Part shown: one piece after another, positions 39,219-48,747 of the stretch
How positions within the stretch are numbered: the first letter of the stretch is position 1
How the letters are laid out: the number at the start of each line of letters is the position of its first letter
Notes under the pieces: model-generated
The model's database searches: none
The model's input: only the letters and a program-made list of their open reading frames with translations
What the model was told of the DNA's origin: nothing
Assembly (NCBI GenBank): GCA_019429305.1
Contig: JAHYIR010000002.1
Location: 43,574 to 107,573 of the forward strand
DNA: 64,000 nt
Reading direction: 5' to 3'
DNA from: Candidatus Cloacimonadota bacterium
Lineage (GTDB): Bacteria; Cloacimonadota; Cloacimonadia; Cloacimonadales; JAJBBL01
Translations under genes and position numbers: made by a program

Positions 39219-40391
39219 ATGAATATTTTAATGCTTTTAGAACACCATTTTCCACCTGATATCAGGGTAGAGAAGGAAATTAAAACTCTTTTGGCAAATG
39301 GTTATCAGATCACTGTTGCTTGTGTTTCAGACAAAGATGAGACTGAGACTAATGATAACAAAAATTTAACAATAATTAGAAAAAGGATCCCGAAGTTTGT
39401 CTATAAATCTAGCGTCGGTGCCTTGAAATTTCCCTTTTATTTTAACTTTTGGAGAGCTTTCGTTAATTCGATAATAAAGCAAGAACAAATTGATGTTCTT
39501 CATGTTCATGACCTTCCACTGGCTAAGATAGCTTGGGAGATTCGTGAAAAACATAGTATCCTCTTTGTTCTCGATCTTCATGAAAATTACCCCTATATGC
39601 TACAAGTATCTCCCCATACAAAAACTATACCAGGCAAATTATTATCATCTTTTAACCAATGGCTTGAATATGAAAAAACTATGATCAAAGAAGCAGATTT
39701 AGTTCTTAGTGTAATCGAAGAACAAAAAGATCGTCTTGTTGCTCTTGGTGCAGATCCTGAAAAAATCTATCTCGTCTCCAATACTCCCATCATCGAAAAA
39801 GATATGATCCATGAAGAAACTACTCTTAACAAGAAGAGAAACGTTTTTCTATATGCTGGCAATTTTTACAGTGCACGAGGCTTGAATATCTTGATACCGG
39901 CTTTTAATGCAATAGCTTTACAAGTTTCTGATACTCAATTATGGCTTGTTGGTAACGGGAAAAACCTGCAGAAAATGAAACAATATGCCCATCAGTTTCC
40001 AACTTATGACAGGATAGTTTTTTATGGTTGGCAGACTTATGAGAAAACTCTCTCTTTAATAGCAGAATCAGATTTCACAATTATTCCGCACCTGAGAAAT
40101 GGACACAGTGATAATACCATACCGAACAAATTGTTTCAATATATGATGTTGGGAAAAACTGTGATCTCAAGTAATTGTCCTCCTATAGAGAGAATTTTAA
40201 CTGAATGTCAAGCTGGACTTACTTATAATGATAAGGATATTCAAGAACTAAGTGATAAAATGCTTTATGCTATCCATCATCGTGAAGAGATGAGAATGAT
40301 GGGTCAAAATGGCAGAAAAGCTGTGGTGGAAAAATATAACTGGAACTTTGCAGCTAAGAACCTGATAGCGGGATATCAACATTTATTCTAA
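39219..40391 (+). CDS. GT-B glycosyltransferase (family 4-like)
   Basis: 390 aa. N-terminal HHFPPDIRVEKE and a C-terminal Rossmann half (LWLVGNGKN...IPNKLFQYMMLGKTVISS). Confidence 0.6.
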   Translation: MNILMLLEHHFPPDIRVEKEIKTLLANGYQITVACVSDKDETETNDNKNLTIIRKRIPKFVYKSSVGALKFPFYFNFWRAFVNSIIKQEQIDVLHVHDLPLAKIAWEIREKHSILFVLDLHENYPYMLQVSPHTKTIPGKLLSSFNQWLEYEKTMIKEADLVLSVIEEQKDRLVALGADPEKIYLVSNTPIIEKDMIHEETTLNKKRNVFLYAGNFYSARGLNILIPAFNAIALQVSDTQLWLVGNGKNLQKMKQYAHQFPTYDRIVFYGWQTYEKTLSLIAESDFTIIPHLRNGHSDNTIPNKLFQYMMLGKTVISSNCPPIERILTECQAGLTYNDKDIQELSDKMLYAIHHREEMRMMGQNGRKAVVEKYNWNFAAKNLIAGYQHLF

Positions 40392-40722
40392 ACCTGACAA
40401 AACCTGAGAAAATCCACAAAATTAATGACTATACTTTCTAAGCATTTTAGTATGTACTACAGCATAGAAAATTCTTTATATATCTCTCAAAAAGAAACAC
40501 TTAAATTATAGTAGAATGAAGAAATTGAATATTAATCCCTCAACCAGTATTTTTGATTGACAAATCTGACGAAAATTGAGATTTGCCTAAAAGTCATGTA
40601 GAAGAAGAGTCTCTCTTCGGAAGATGGATTTAATAAAAAGGGTGAAGGGTTACATCTAATCCGAATCTAATTTAAATCGTGGAAATGAAGCAATGAAAAA
40701 TAATAAACAAAGGAAGTAGATA

Positions 40723-41673
40723 ATGAAAAAGATATTGGTCATCGGTTCAGCCGGTCAAATTGGATCAGAATTAGTTCCCGAGCTGCGCAGAATATATGGG
40801 ACTAATAATGTCGTTGCCTCCGACATTCAACAGAACCCTCCGGAAATTTTGCTTAATGGTCCTTATGAAATAATAGACTGTTTGGATGCAGAAAAGATTA
40901 AAACCGTTATAAAACATAATGACATAGATACTGTATACAATCTAGCTGCTCTGCTTTCTTCAATTGGTGAACGCAATCCTCAACTCTCCTGGAAAATCAA
41001 TATCGGCGGTTTGATGAACTTGCTGGAACTGGCGACTGAATTTAAGTTTGCTCTCTTTACCCCTTCTTCTATCGGCGCTTTCGGGCCAACAACACCACAT
41101 GACAACACACCACAAGATACTATTATGCGACCTACTTCCATGTATGGAGTAACAAAAGTAGCCGGTGAGTTACTCTGCGATTATTATCATCTGAAATTCG
41201 GAGTAGATGCTCGGGGTGTCCGCTATCCAGGTATTATTTCTAATGTGACCTTACCCGGTGGAGGAACTACAGATTATGCAGTTGATATCTATTATAAAGC
41301 TATCCTGGAAGGAGAATTCACTTGTAATCTTAAAGCAGGAACTTATCTTGATATGATGTACATGCCTGATTGTTTAAGGGCAGCTATCGAGCTCATGGAA
41401 GCAGATCCGGCAAAATTAATTCACAGAAATTGTTATAATGTAGCCGCAATGAGTTTTGAACCGGAAGAAATTGCAGCTGAAATCCGGAAACATATTCCTG
41501 AGTTTAAATTGAAATATGATATAGATCCTGTTCGCCAAGCTATTGCTGACAGTTGGCCTAATAAGATGGATGACTCTGTTGCTCGATCAGAATGGAATTG
41601 GCAACATGAATATAATCTTCCTGAGATGACAGTTGATATGTTGAATGTACTAAGAAAAAAACTAAAAAAATGA
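40723..41673 (+). CDS. tdh: L-threonine 3-dehydrogenase, SDR (UDP-glucose-4-epimerase-like) type
   Basis: 316 aa. KILVIGSAGQIGSEL, PSSIGAFGPTTP, YGVTKVAGE, PGGGTTDYAVDIY and DPVRQAIADSWP match the short-chain TDH family, including the mammalian enzyme. Confidence 0.85.
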   Translation: MKKILVIGSAGQIGSELVPELRRIYGTNNVVASDIQQNPPEILLNGPYEIIDCLDAEKIKTVIKHNDIDTVYNLAALLSSIGERNPQLSWKINIGGLMNLLELATEFKFALFTPSSIGAFGPTTPHDNTPQDTIMRPTSMYGVTKVAGELLCDYYHLKFGVDARGVRYPGIISNVTLPGGGTTDYAVDIYYKAILEGEFTCNLKAGTYLDMMYMPDCLRAAIELMEADPAKLIHRNCYNVAAMSFEPEEIAAEIRKHIPEFKLKYDIDPVRQAIADSWPNKMDDSVARSEWNWQHEYNLPEMTVDMLNVLRKKLKK

Positions 41674-42062
41674 TCTTCGGTATTGGTATTGATAATATAG
41701 AAGTTGAAAGAGTCCAAAAGCAATTGGAGAAAAACGGCTTCAAAGAAAAAATATTCTCTGAAAAGGAAATTGAATATTGTTCTGCTAAGAAAACCTATGC
41801 TGAGAGTTTTGCTGCCAGATTTGCAGCTAAAGAGGCATTTTTTAAGGCAATTGGAACCGGATGGCGAGGTGGAATGAGTTTCAAGGATATTGAGATTGTT
41901 AACAATGATCTAGGAAAACCTACCATTTGTTTGCACGGTAAAGCGAAGCAATTTGCTTTAGAAAACAAGCTTGACAAAATCTATGTATCATTAACTCATC
42001 TAAAATCTTGTGCTGGAGCGATCGTCATCATAGAGAAGAAAGATTTTACTTCAATAAAATAA
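41670..42062 (+). CDS. acpS: holo-[acyl-carrier-protein] synthase (4'-phosphopantetheinyl transferase)
   Basis: 130 aa. IFGIGIDNIEVERV, FAAKEAFFKA and SLTH motifs. Overlaps the tdh stop by 4 nt. Confidence 0.85.
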   Translation: MIFGIGIDNIEVERVQKQLEKNGFKEKIFSEKEIEYCSAKKTYAESFAARFAAKEAFFKAIGTGWRGGMSFKDIEIVNNDLGKPTICLHGKAKQFALENKLDKIYVSLTHLKSCAGAIVIIEKKDFTSIK

Positions 42063-42085
42063 ATTAAGGATAAAGGAGAGGTTTT

Positions 42086-43792
42086 ATGTCAAACATAGGA
42101 TCATACGAAGAGAGAATCAGGAACTTTGATTGGTCAATTTCCGAACAAGAACTCGGTTATAAAGAGGGGGATAATATCAACATTGGTTGGTATTGTTCCG
42201 ATCGCATCTGTGAAATGGGAAAAGCCGATAAAATCGCACTCTATTGGGAAGGAATGAATGATAAGAGAAAGCAATATACATTCGATCAGGTCCGCATCAA
42301 CAGTAATAAAATTGGTGATTTTCTTCGTAGTCTGGGGATCAAGAACGAGGATCGAGTTTGTCTCTTTATGGACAAGATCCCTGAACTTTACATAGGTTTT
42401 TTAGGAGTTCTTAAAATTGGTGCTATTGCTCAACCGCTTTTTTCAGCTTTTGGCGATGAATCTTTACACGTTAGATTAGATAATGCCAAGACATCAGCTA
42501 TTATTACTCAAAGAAAACATGTCGGCAAGGTTCGTAAATTACTTGAAATAAGCCCGTATCTGAAACATATAATAGTTGTAGATTCTGATCTGAGCAAACC
42601 ATTAAAGGAAAGAGAAATAGCTTTTGATATGGAGAATTATCCGGAACCACAAAATTTTGAGATCTATCCGACAAAAGCCGAATCACCATCTGTTTTGCAT
42701 TATACTTCCGGTACGACAGGACAACCTAAAGGTGTTAAACATGTTCACTATTCACTTATCTCGCAATTTTTAACGACAAAATGGGTACTTGATCTGCAGG
42801 ATGATGATATCTACTGGTGTACTGCAGACCCTGGTTGGGTTACAGGAACCTCTTACGGAATAATTGGTCCATGGAGTCTCGGTGTCACCCAATTTGTTTC
42901 TGATGTTGGATTCAGTGCTGAGAACTGGTATCATTTCATAGAGAAATATAAAGTTTCCATGTGGTACTCTGCTCCAACCGCTATTCGTTCATTGATGAAA
43001 GCAGGGGATGAAGTTGTAAAAAAATTCGATCTATCTTCTCTCCGTCATCTGGCAAGTGTGGGTGAACCACTCAATGCCACAGCGGTTATCTGGAGTGAAA
43101 AAGTTTATGGTCATCCTTTCCACGATACTTTCTGGCAAACTGAGACCGGATCTATTATGTTGACCAATTTCCCGGGTATGAAAATCAAACCCGGTTCGAT
43201 GGGAAAACCTTTCCCGGGTATTACTGCTACTGTTTTAGATCCTAAGACTTTCGAACCTTTTACTGAGCCGGGAAAGATCGGTCTGATAGCTTTTCGTCCC
43301 GGTTGGCCTGCCATGATTCGTACTTACTGGAATAATGAAGAGACCTACAAATCAAAATTCAAAAATGGTTGGTATTTGTCCGGTGATAGGGCATCTATTG
43401 ATCATGAAGGTTATTACTGGTTTGTGGGTAGAGATGATGATGTTATCAATACCGGTGGACACCTGGTAAGCCCCTTCGAGATAGAATCAGCACTGCTTGA
43501 ACATGAAGCTGTTGCTGAAAGTGCTGTTGTATCAAAGCCGGATGAAGTAAATATGGAAGTAGTAAAAGCATTCGTATTATTAAAACCGGGATACGAACCT
43601 GATGATATGTTGGAGTTGAGCATAATGAATTTTATCCGCAAGAAATTATCTTCGTTCGCTATGCCTCAGGAAATAGAATATGTAGATAGTTTACCCAAAA
43701 CACGCAGCGGTAAAATAATGCGTCGCTTACTACATGCTAAAGAATGGGGAGAAGAGATCGGAGATACATCTACATTGGAAGACGATGAATAA
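42086..43792 (+). CDS. acsA: AMP-forming acetyl-CoA synthetase, short AcsA type (acyl-adenylate ligase)
   Basis: 568 aa. YTSGTTGQPKGV, DIYWCTADPGWVTGTSYG, WQTETG, GDRASIDHEGYYWFVGRDDDVI and KTRSGKIMRR. Collinear with my recollection of Bacillus AcsA. Confidence 0.8.
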   Translation: MSNIGSYEERIRNFDWSISEQELGYKEGDNINIGWYCSDRICEMGKADKIALYWEGMNDKRKQYTFDQVRINSNKIGDFLRSLGIKNEDRVCLFMDKIPELYIGFLGVLKIGAIAQPLFSAFGDESLHVRLDNAKTSAIITQRKHVGKVRKLLEISPYLKHIIVVDSDLSKPLKEREIAFDMENYPEPQNFEIYPTKAESPSVLHYTSGTTGQPKGVKHVHYSLISQFLTTKWVLDLQDDDIYWCTADPGWVTGTSYGIIGPWSLGVTQFVSDVGFSAENWYHFIEKYKVSMWYSAPTAIRSLMKAGDEVVKKFDLSSLRHLASVGEPLNATAVIWSEKVYGHPFHDTFWQTETGSIMLTNFPGMKIKPGSMGKPFPGITATVLDPKTFEPFTEPGKIGLIAFRPGWPAMIRTYWNNEETYKSKFKNGWYLSGDRASIDHEGYYWFVGRDDDVINTGGHLVSPFEIESALLEHEAVAESAVVSKPDEVNMEVVKAFVLLKPGYEPDDMLELSIMNFIRKKLSSFAMPQEIEYVDSLPKTRSGKIMRRLLHAKEWGEEIGDTSTLEDDE

Positions 43793-43818
43793 ATAAATCA
43801 AAATAAGAGGAGAAAAAA

Positions 43819-44064
43819 ATGGAAGAGATTAAAGACATTGTATTGGAATATGTGATCAACGAGTATCTGGAAGATGAAGATGAAGAACTTACTTATGATA
43901 CCCCGCTTATTTCAGGTGGGATCGTAGATTCATTTTCAATGGTATCATTAAAACGATTTTTGGAAGCAAAATATAAGATATCTATCCCTGATGATAAAGC
44001 TACACCGGAAGCTTTTGATACTGTGAATAAGATCACACAATTAGTGAAAGAATTTATTGGTTAA
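43819..44064 (+). CDS. stand-alone acyl/peptidyl carrier protein (non-AcpP type)
   Basis: 81 aa, acidic. The phosphopantetheine-Ser context GGIVDSFSMVSLKRFLE is DltC-like rather than the AcpP DSLD motif. Confidence 0.7.
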   Translation: MEEIKDIVLEYVINEYLEDEDEELTYDTPLISGGIVDSFSMVSLKRFLEAKYKISIPDDKATPEAFDTVNKITQLVKEFIG

Positions 44065-44148
44065 TCTACCCTTGAGTTGATCAAAGTAATCAAATTTACA
44101 GGATAAAACATTTAAGGGTAATTTGTAAATTTCTAATAAGGAGTAAAG

Positions 44149-45396
44149 ATGAGTTATAGCGACAAAATAAGAGGAATATATCAGGAACAGCTTAAATCTA
44201 TTCAAGATGCAGGAATCTTTAAAGTAGAACGATTTATTCATTCTGCTCAAGCTGCTGATATCGAAGTAGAATTTCCTACCGGTTCCTCACTAAAGAAAGT
44301 TATAAATATGTGTGCTAATAATTATCTGGGGTTATCCAGCCATCCGGAAGTTGTGAAAGCAGCACATGAAGGATTAGATACCAGAGGTTATGGAATGTCC
44401 TCGGTTCGTTTTATTTGCGGGACACAGGATATACACAAAGAACTGGAAAGAAAAGTTACTGAATTTCTGGGAACAGAAGATACAATCCTTTTCCCAAGCT
44501 GTATGGATGCCAATGCTGGTGTTTTCGAAGCAGTACTCACTGATCAAGATGTAATGATCTCCGATCGTTTGGTTCATGCATCAATTATTGACGGTATCCG
44601 CCTTTGCAGTGCTATGCATGATACTTTTAAGCATTCAAATATGCAACATCTGGAAGAGAAACTGCAACTTCACAGTGATAAAAGGTTTAAAATGGTCATT
44701 ACCGACGGTGTTTTTAGTATGGACGGAGACACAGCAAAATTAGCCGAAATGGTTGAATTATGTGAAATATATGATGCCATGCTCTTTGTTGATGATTCAC
44801 ACTCCTCAGGTTTTATTGGAAAAACCGGAAGAGGAACACATGAGCATTGTGGAGTAATGGGAAAGATTGATATCATTACAACAACTTTTGGGAAAGCTCT
44901 GGGTGGGGCTTCCGGTGGTTGTGTTTCAGGAAGAAAAGAGCTTGTAGAGATGTGCCGTCAAAAGGCGCGTCCTTATCTTTTCTCTAACACTATTGCACCT
45001 GTAGTGGTTAGTGGCGTTTTAAAGGTTCTGGATATTCTTTCGGAAAGCACAGAAAGAAGAGATAAGTTAGAAAAAAATACCGAATATTGGCGAAAAGGAC
45101 TCACCGAAGCGGGATTCGTGTTGCAACCAGGAGATACTCCAATTGTTCCGGTCATGCTCTTCAATGCTAAACTATCTCAAGACTTCTCTAAAGATCTTTA
45201 TGATGAAGGGATCTATGCTATTGGTTTCTTCTTCCCTGTTGTTCCCAATGGAAAGGCGAGAATAAGAACCCAGATCTCGGCGGGACATGAAATTCACCAT
45301 CTTGATAAAGCTCTTGATGCTTTCATCAAAGTTGGTAAGAAATATGACATACTTGGAAAAACTAAACAGGAAATCATCGAAAAATACGGACTATAA
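44149..45396 (+). CDS. kbl: glycine C-acetyltransferase (2-amino-3-ketobutyrate CoA ligase)
   Basis: 415 aa. CANNYLGLS, SVRFICGTQDIHKELE, HASIIDG, DGVFSMDGD, DDSHSSGF, PLP-lysine TFGKALGGASGG, PYLFSN and ARIRTQISAGH. Collinear with E. coli Kbl. Confidence 0.9.
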   Translation: MSYSDKIRGIYQEQLKSIQDAGIFKVERFIHSAQAADIEVEFPTGSSLKKVINMCANNYLGLSSHPEVVKAAHEGLDTRGYGMSSVRFICGTQDIHKELERKVTEFLGTEDTILFPSCMDANAGVFEAVLTDQDVMISDRLVHASIIDGIRLCSAMHDTFKHSNMQHLEEKLQLHSDKRFKMVITDGVFSMDGDTAKLAEMVELCEIYDAMLFVDDSHSSGFIGKTGRGTHEHCGVMGKIDIITTTFGKALGGASGGCVSGRKELVEMCRQKARPYLFSNTIAPVVVSGVLKVLDILSESTERRDKLEKNTEYWRKGLTEAGFVLQPGDTPIVPVMLFNAKLSQDFSKDLYDEGIYAIGFFFPVVPNGKARIRTQISAGHEIHHLDKALDAFIKVGKKYDILGKTKQEIIEKYGL

Positions 45397-45401
45397 AGCT
45401 T

Positions 45402-45438
45402 AAAAACCTGCAGTTGATAAACAGCTGCAGGTTTTTTA
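45402..45438 (+). terminator. rho-independent terminator after kbl
   Basis: Stem ACCTGCAGTTG / CAGCTGCAGGT with one G-U pair and loop ATAAA, followed by TTTTTT. Confidence 0.8.
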
Positions 45439-45452
45439 TTTAAGGAGATGGT

Positions 45453-46022
45453 ATGGAAAATAAATTAGCAAATCCAGCCCCACTTGGTTTAATGGGTTTT
45501 GGTATGACTACTGTCCTTTTAAATATTCATAATGCCGGATTCTTTCCTATTAGTGCTATGATCCTTAGTATGGGAATATTCTACGGCGGTATGGCTCAAA
45601 TATTTGCTGGTATTATGGAGTTTAAAAAAGGAAATTCATTTGCAACTACTGCTTTTACTTCTTACGGGCTTTTCTGGATATCATTAGTCTTTATCTGGGT
45701 TTTCCCTAAACTTGGATGGTCACAAGAAACTCCACTTGCTTATATGGGTTGGTATCTCTTCATGTGGGGATTATTTACTTTCTTTATGTGGATAGGAACT
45801 TTCGGAAAAAATCGAGCTCTGCAATTCGTATTCCTATCTTTGACCATTTTATTTTGGTTACTGGCAATAAGAGATTGGACAGGTAATGAATTGATCGGGA
45901 TAATAGCTGGCTGGGAAGGTATTATTTGTGGTTTATCAGCTATATATCTGGCAATGGCTGAAATAATCAATGAATCACATGGAAAAACTGTTTTACCGAT
46001 AGGTGAAAGACAAGTTACTTAA
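45453..46022 (+). CDS. satP: GPR1/FUN34/YaaH-family acetate (succinate-acetate/H+) transporter
   Basis: 189 aa with six TM segments. N-terminal signature NPAPLGLMGFGMTTVLLN and FxxYGxFW. Confidence 0.85.
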   Translation: MENKLANPAPLGLMGFGMTTVLLNIHNAGFFPISAMILSMGIFYGGMAQIFAGIMEFKKGNSFATTAFTSYGLFWISLVFIWVFPKLGWSQETPLAYMGWYLFMWGLFTFFMWIGTFGKNRALQFVFLSLTILFWLLAIRDWTGNELIGIIAGWEGIICGLSAIYLAMAEIINESHGKTVLPIGERQVT

Positions 46023-46204
46023 CACTGGATCGGGTTTTTCACTTCTAATTAAAACTCGGATATTTAACAAGTTACGAGAAATCAAAGCTTATCTAAGGAG
46101 ACTTATTTAGTGATTAAAGTCGTCAGATCAACTAATCGGGTTTGAAGTGCCTAAAAAGAATTTTTTACTGACTTGCATTATATTTAATTGAAAACTATAC
46201 AACC

Positions 46205-47044
46205 ATGAATAAAGGTACTTTGTACATTATTCCAACCCCCATAGGTAATCTGGGAGATATAACTTATCGGGCTGTGGAAACTTTAAAAAATGTTGCTTTA
46301 ATTGGTGCAGAGGATACAAGACATTCTGCACTACTACTAAAATACTATCAGATTAGCACGCCAACAATCAGTTACCATAAGTTTAATGAAAGGAGTAGAA
46401 TAGATAAATTTTTGGCATTGCTTGAAGAAGGTAAGGATGTTGCCATTATTTCTGATGCAGGCACTCCGGGAATATCGGATCCGGCAGCTATTGTAATCAA
46501 AGAAGCTATCATAAACGATTTTAATGTTTGCACATTACCCGGAGCTACTGCCTTACTACCCGCTTTAGTAAGTTCCGGATTAAATACGGAAAGATTTCTC
46601 TTCTGCGGTTTTTTACCAGCTAAAGAGAGTGAGCAAAAAAAACTCTTTGAAGAAATAGCACCCTTGACTTCTACTTTAATTTTTTACGAAGCCCCACATA
46701 GAATAACTACTTTTCTGAAGAAGTTATACGATAATCTCGGAGACCGAGAAGTAACTATTGGCAGAGAATTAACAAAGAAATTCGAAACCTATTATCGAAA
46801 CAAATTGAGTTACTTCATCGAAAACAATGATGTTATTAAGCATAAGGGAGAAATTGTTATTATATGTGAAGGTTTCCCCGAAGAAAAGGAAATTACTGAC
46901 GAAGAGATCCTGAATTGTATCAACAACTTATTAGAAAATGGTGAAACTACAAGTTACGCGGTTAACAAAGTAAGTAAAGAACTCAAGATACCAAAAAACA
47001 GAGTTTATGCTTTAGCTCATAAAAAAGATGAAAATGATAAGTAG
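46205..47044 (+). CDS. rsmI: 16S rRNA (cytidine1402-2'-O)-methyltransferase
   Basis: GTLYIIPTPIGNLGDITYRAVETLK, AEDTRHS, SDAGTPGISDP and FYEAPHR. Confidence 0.9.
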   Translation: MNKGTLYIIPTPIGNLGDITYRAVETLKNVALIGAEDTRHSALLLKYYQISTPTISYHKFNERSRIDKFLALLEEGKDVAIISDAGTPGISDPAAIVIKEAIINDFNVCTLPGATALLPALVSSGLNTERFLFCGFLPAKESEQKKLFEEIAPLTSTLIFYEAPHRITTFLKKLYDNLGDREVTIGRELTKKFETYYRNKLSYFIENNDVIKHKGEIVIICEGFPEEKEITDEEILNCINNLLENGETTSYAVNKVSKELKIPKNRVYALAHKKDENDK

Positions 47045-47184
47045 TTTTTTTCTAAGAACGATAGTAACTATTATCCAAAGCTTTATTGCAGTATGATCTT
47101 AAGGAAATCATAATCGATCTTGAAAAATCTTGACAGATAGTTCGTTAATACGATGATTTATAAAAAAAAGAGGAGTGATAAATT

Positions 47185-47511
47185 ATGTTCCCAGGTGGAA
47201 AGAAAGGTTTGAAAGACCTTATGAATCAAGCTAAGAAGATGCAAGATGACTTAGCTAAAGCACAAGAAGAACTTGCTAATAAGACTGTCGAAGCTACTTC
47301 TGGTGGCGGTATGGTTAAACTCGAAATGAACGGCAAATATGAGATAAAAAAGCTAAAAATTGATCCGGAAGTTATAGATCCAAATGATGCTGAAATGCTT
47401 GAGGATCTTATAATTGCTGCATTTAACGAAGCTCACGAAAAAATAGCTCGCAATTCTCAGGAAGAGATGTCAAAATTAACTGGTGGTATAAATATTCCCG
47501 GTTTGATGTAA
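47185..47511 (+). CDS. ybaB: YbaB/EbfC-family nucleoid-associated protein
   Basis: 108 aa. MNQAKKMQDDLAKAQEEL...EATSGGGMVKLEMNG. Sits immediately upstream of recR, the classic arrangement. Confidence 0.9.
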   Translation: MFPGGKKGLKDLMNQAKKMQDDLAKAQEELANKTVEATSGGGMVKLEMNGKYEIKKLKIDPEVIDPNDAEMLEDLIIAAFNEAHEKIARNSQEEMSKLTGGINIPGLM

Positions 47512-48107
47512 TGAAATTCAATAAAACACTTGATGAGCTTAAGAATGGTTTGAAGCAACTACCGGGTGTAGGAGAAAAAACCGCTCAAAGATATGCCCTA
47601 TATCTGCTCAATCAGGACAAAGAAAAAGCCATAGACTTAGCTGATACTATCAAAGAGGCAGTAGAACTACACTCATATTGCCCAAAATGTAATATGTTGA
47701 GTGATTCTAATCCCTGTTCAATATGTGCTGACCCGGATCGTGATAAGAGGCTTATTTGTATTGTTGAGAATACTTACGATGTATACTTGATCGAAAATAC
47801 TGGAGAATACTCCGGTTTTTATTTTGTTTTAGGTCACCTACTATCTCCAATGGACGGTATCGGAACAAATGAAATTCATCTTCCGGAGCTTCTTAAAAGT
47901 ATAGAAGCATCGGAGATCGAAGAAATCATACTGGCATTAAATCCATCTACTGAGGGTGAAACTACTATAGAACTCATTGCCACAGAGATAGCACATTTGA
48001 ATAAAAAAATAACTCGTCTTTCAACCGGCTTACCTTTCGGTGGTAACATTGAGTATAGCAGCCCAATAACACTTTCTAATGCTCTTAGAAGACGCTATCC
48101 TATTTAA
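47511..48107 (+). CDS. recR: recombination protein RecR
   Basis: LPGVGEKTAQRYA (HhH), C4 zinc finger CPKCN...CSICAD and a Toprim region (ICIVENTYDV). Confidence 0.95.
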   Translation: MKFNKTLDELKNGLKQLPGVGEKTAQRYALYLLNQDKEKAIDLADTIKEAVELHSYCPKCNMLSDSNPCSICADPDRDKRLICIVENTYDVYLIENTGEYSGFYFVLGHLLSPMDGIGTNEIHLPELLKSIEASEIEEIILALNPSTEGETTIELIATEIAHLNKKITRLSTGLPFGGNIEYSSPITLSNALRRRYPI

Positions 48108-48114
48108 GTATATT

Positions 48115-48747
48115 ATGTTCACTGGTATTATTCAAGAAATCGGCACAGTAAGAAAATGCTTACAAAAAGGAACAAGCAAGGTTATTGTCATTGAATGTAC
48201 TAACATGTTAGCAGATCTAACATTAGGTGATAGCATTGCTTGTGACGGATTATGTCTTACCGTTTCGGACTTCTCTAATAACAGTATCACTGTTGAAGCA
48301 ATGCCAGAAACTATTAAGACAACAACACTTAGTCTGTGGTATCCAGGTTATCAGGTGAATCTCGAAAGAGCCCTTAGAGCCGACTCTAAGCTTGATGGAC
48401 ATATTGTTCAAGGACATGTAGATTGCATCACAAGTGTCTTACAGATTATACATCATACTGGTAGCTTGATCATTGAATTTGCTTTACCGTCTCTCTATAA
48501 GAATTTCATTGTAGATAAAGGTTCTATTGCAGTTAATGGAGTTAGCTTGACAGTAGCTTCCCTGAATACCGGTTCTTTCTCTGTTTCAATTGTGACGTTT
48601 ACTCAAGAGCACACTAATCTAAACAACTTAAAACCGGGTAGTAAAGTGAATTTGGAATTCGATATCATAGGAAAATATATCAACCGTTTCTTAACAAATG
48701 CAAACCAACAACTAACAAGGGAGAAACTTCTTGAAAAGGGCTTTTAA
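48115..48747 (+). CDS. ribE: riboflavin synthase (alpha chain)
   Basis: Starts MFTGIIQEIG, with an internal repeat GHIVQGHVD and DGVSLTV-type motifs. The tracked start at 48079 overlaps recR and adds 12 non-conserved residues. Confidence 0.9.
   Translation: MFTGIIQEIGTVRKCLQKGTSKVIVIECTNMLADLTLGDSIACDGLCLTVSDFSNNSITVEAMPETIKTTTLSLWYPGYQVNLERALRADSKLDGHIVQGHVDCITSVLQIIHHTGSLIIEFALPSLYKNFIVDKGSIAVNGVSLTVASLNTGSFSVSIVTFTQEHTNLNNLKPGSKVNLEFDIIGKYINRFLTNANQQLTREKLLEKGF

Noticed and set aside
40392-40722. Glycine riboswitch or threonine T-box upstream of tdh.
   Set aside because: AAAAAGGGTGAAGGGTTAC only superficially resembles the T-box core (..GGGTGGTACCGCG). No glycine-aptamer conserved segments were found. 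I retained it only as a generic long leader.
40723-45396. Interpreting the epimerase-like + ligase + ACP + alpha-oxoamine-synthase genes as a bacterial sphingolipid/ceramide (Spt-type) cluster.
   Set aside because: The two end genes match bona fide SDR-type Tdh and Kbl motif for motif, and the ligase matches short AcsA rather than long-chain acyl-ACP synthetases. No acyltransferase (ceramide-synthase-like) gene is present.
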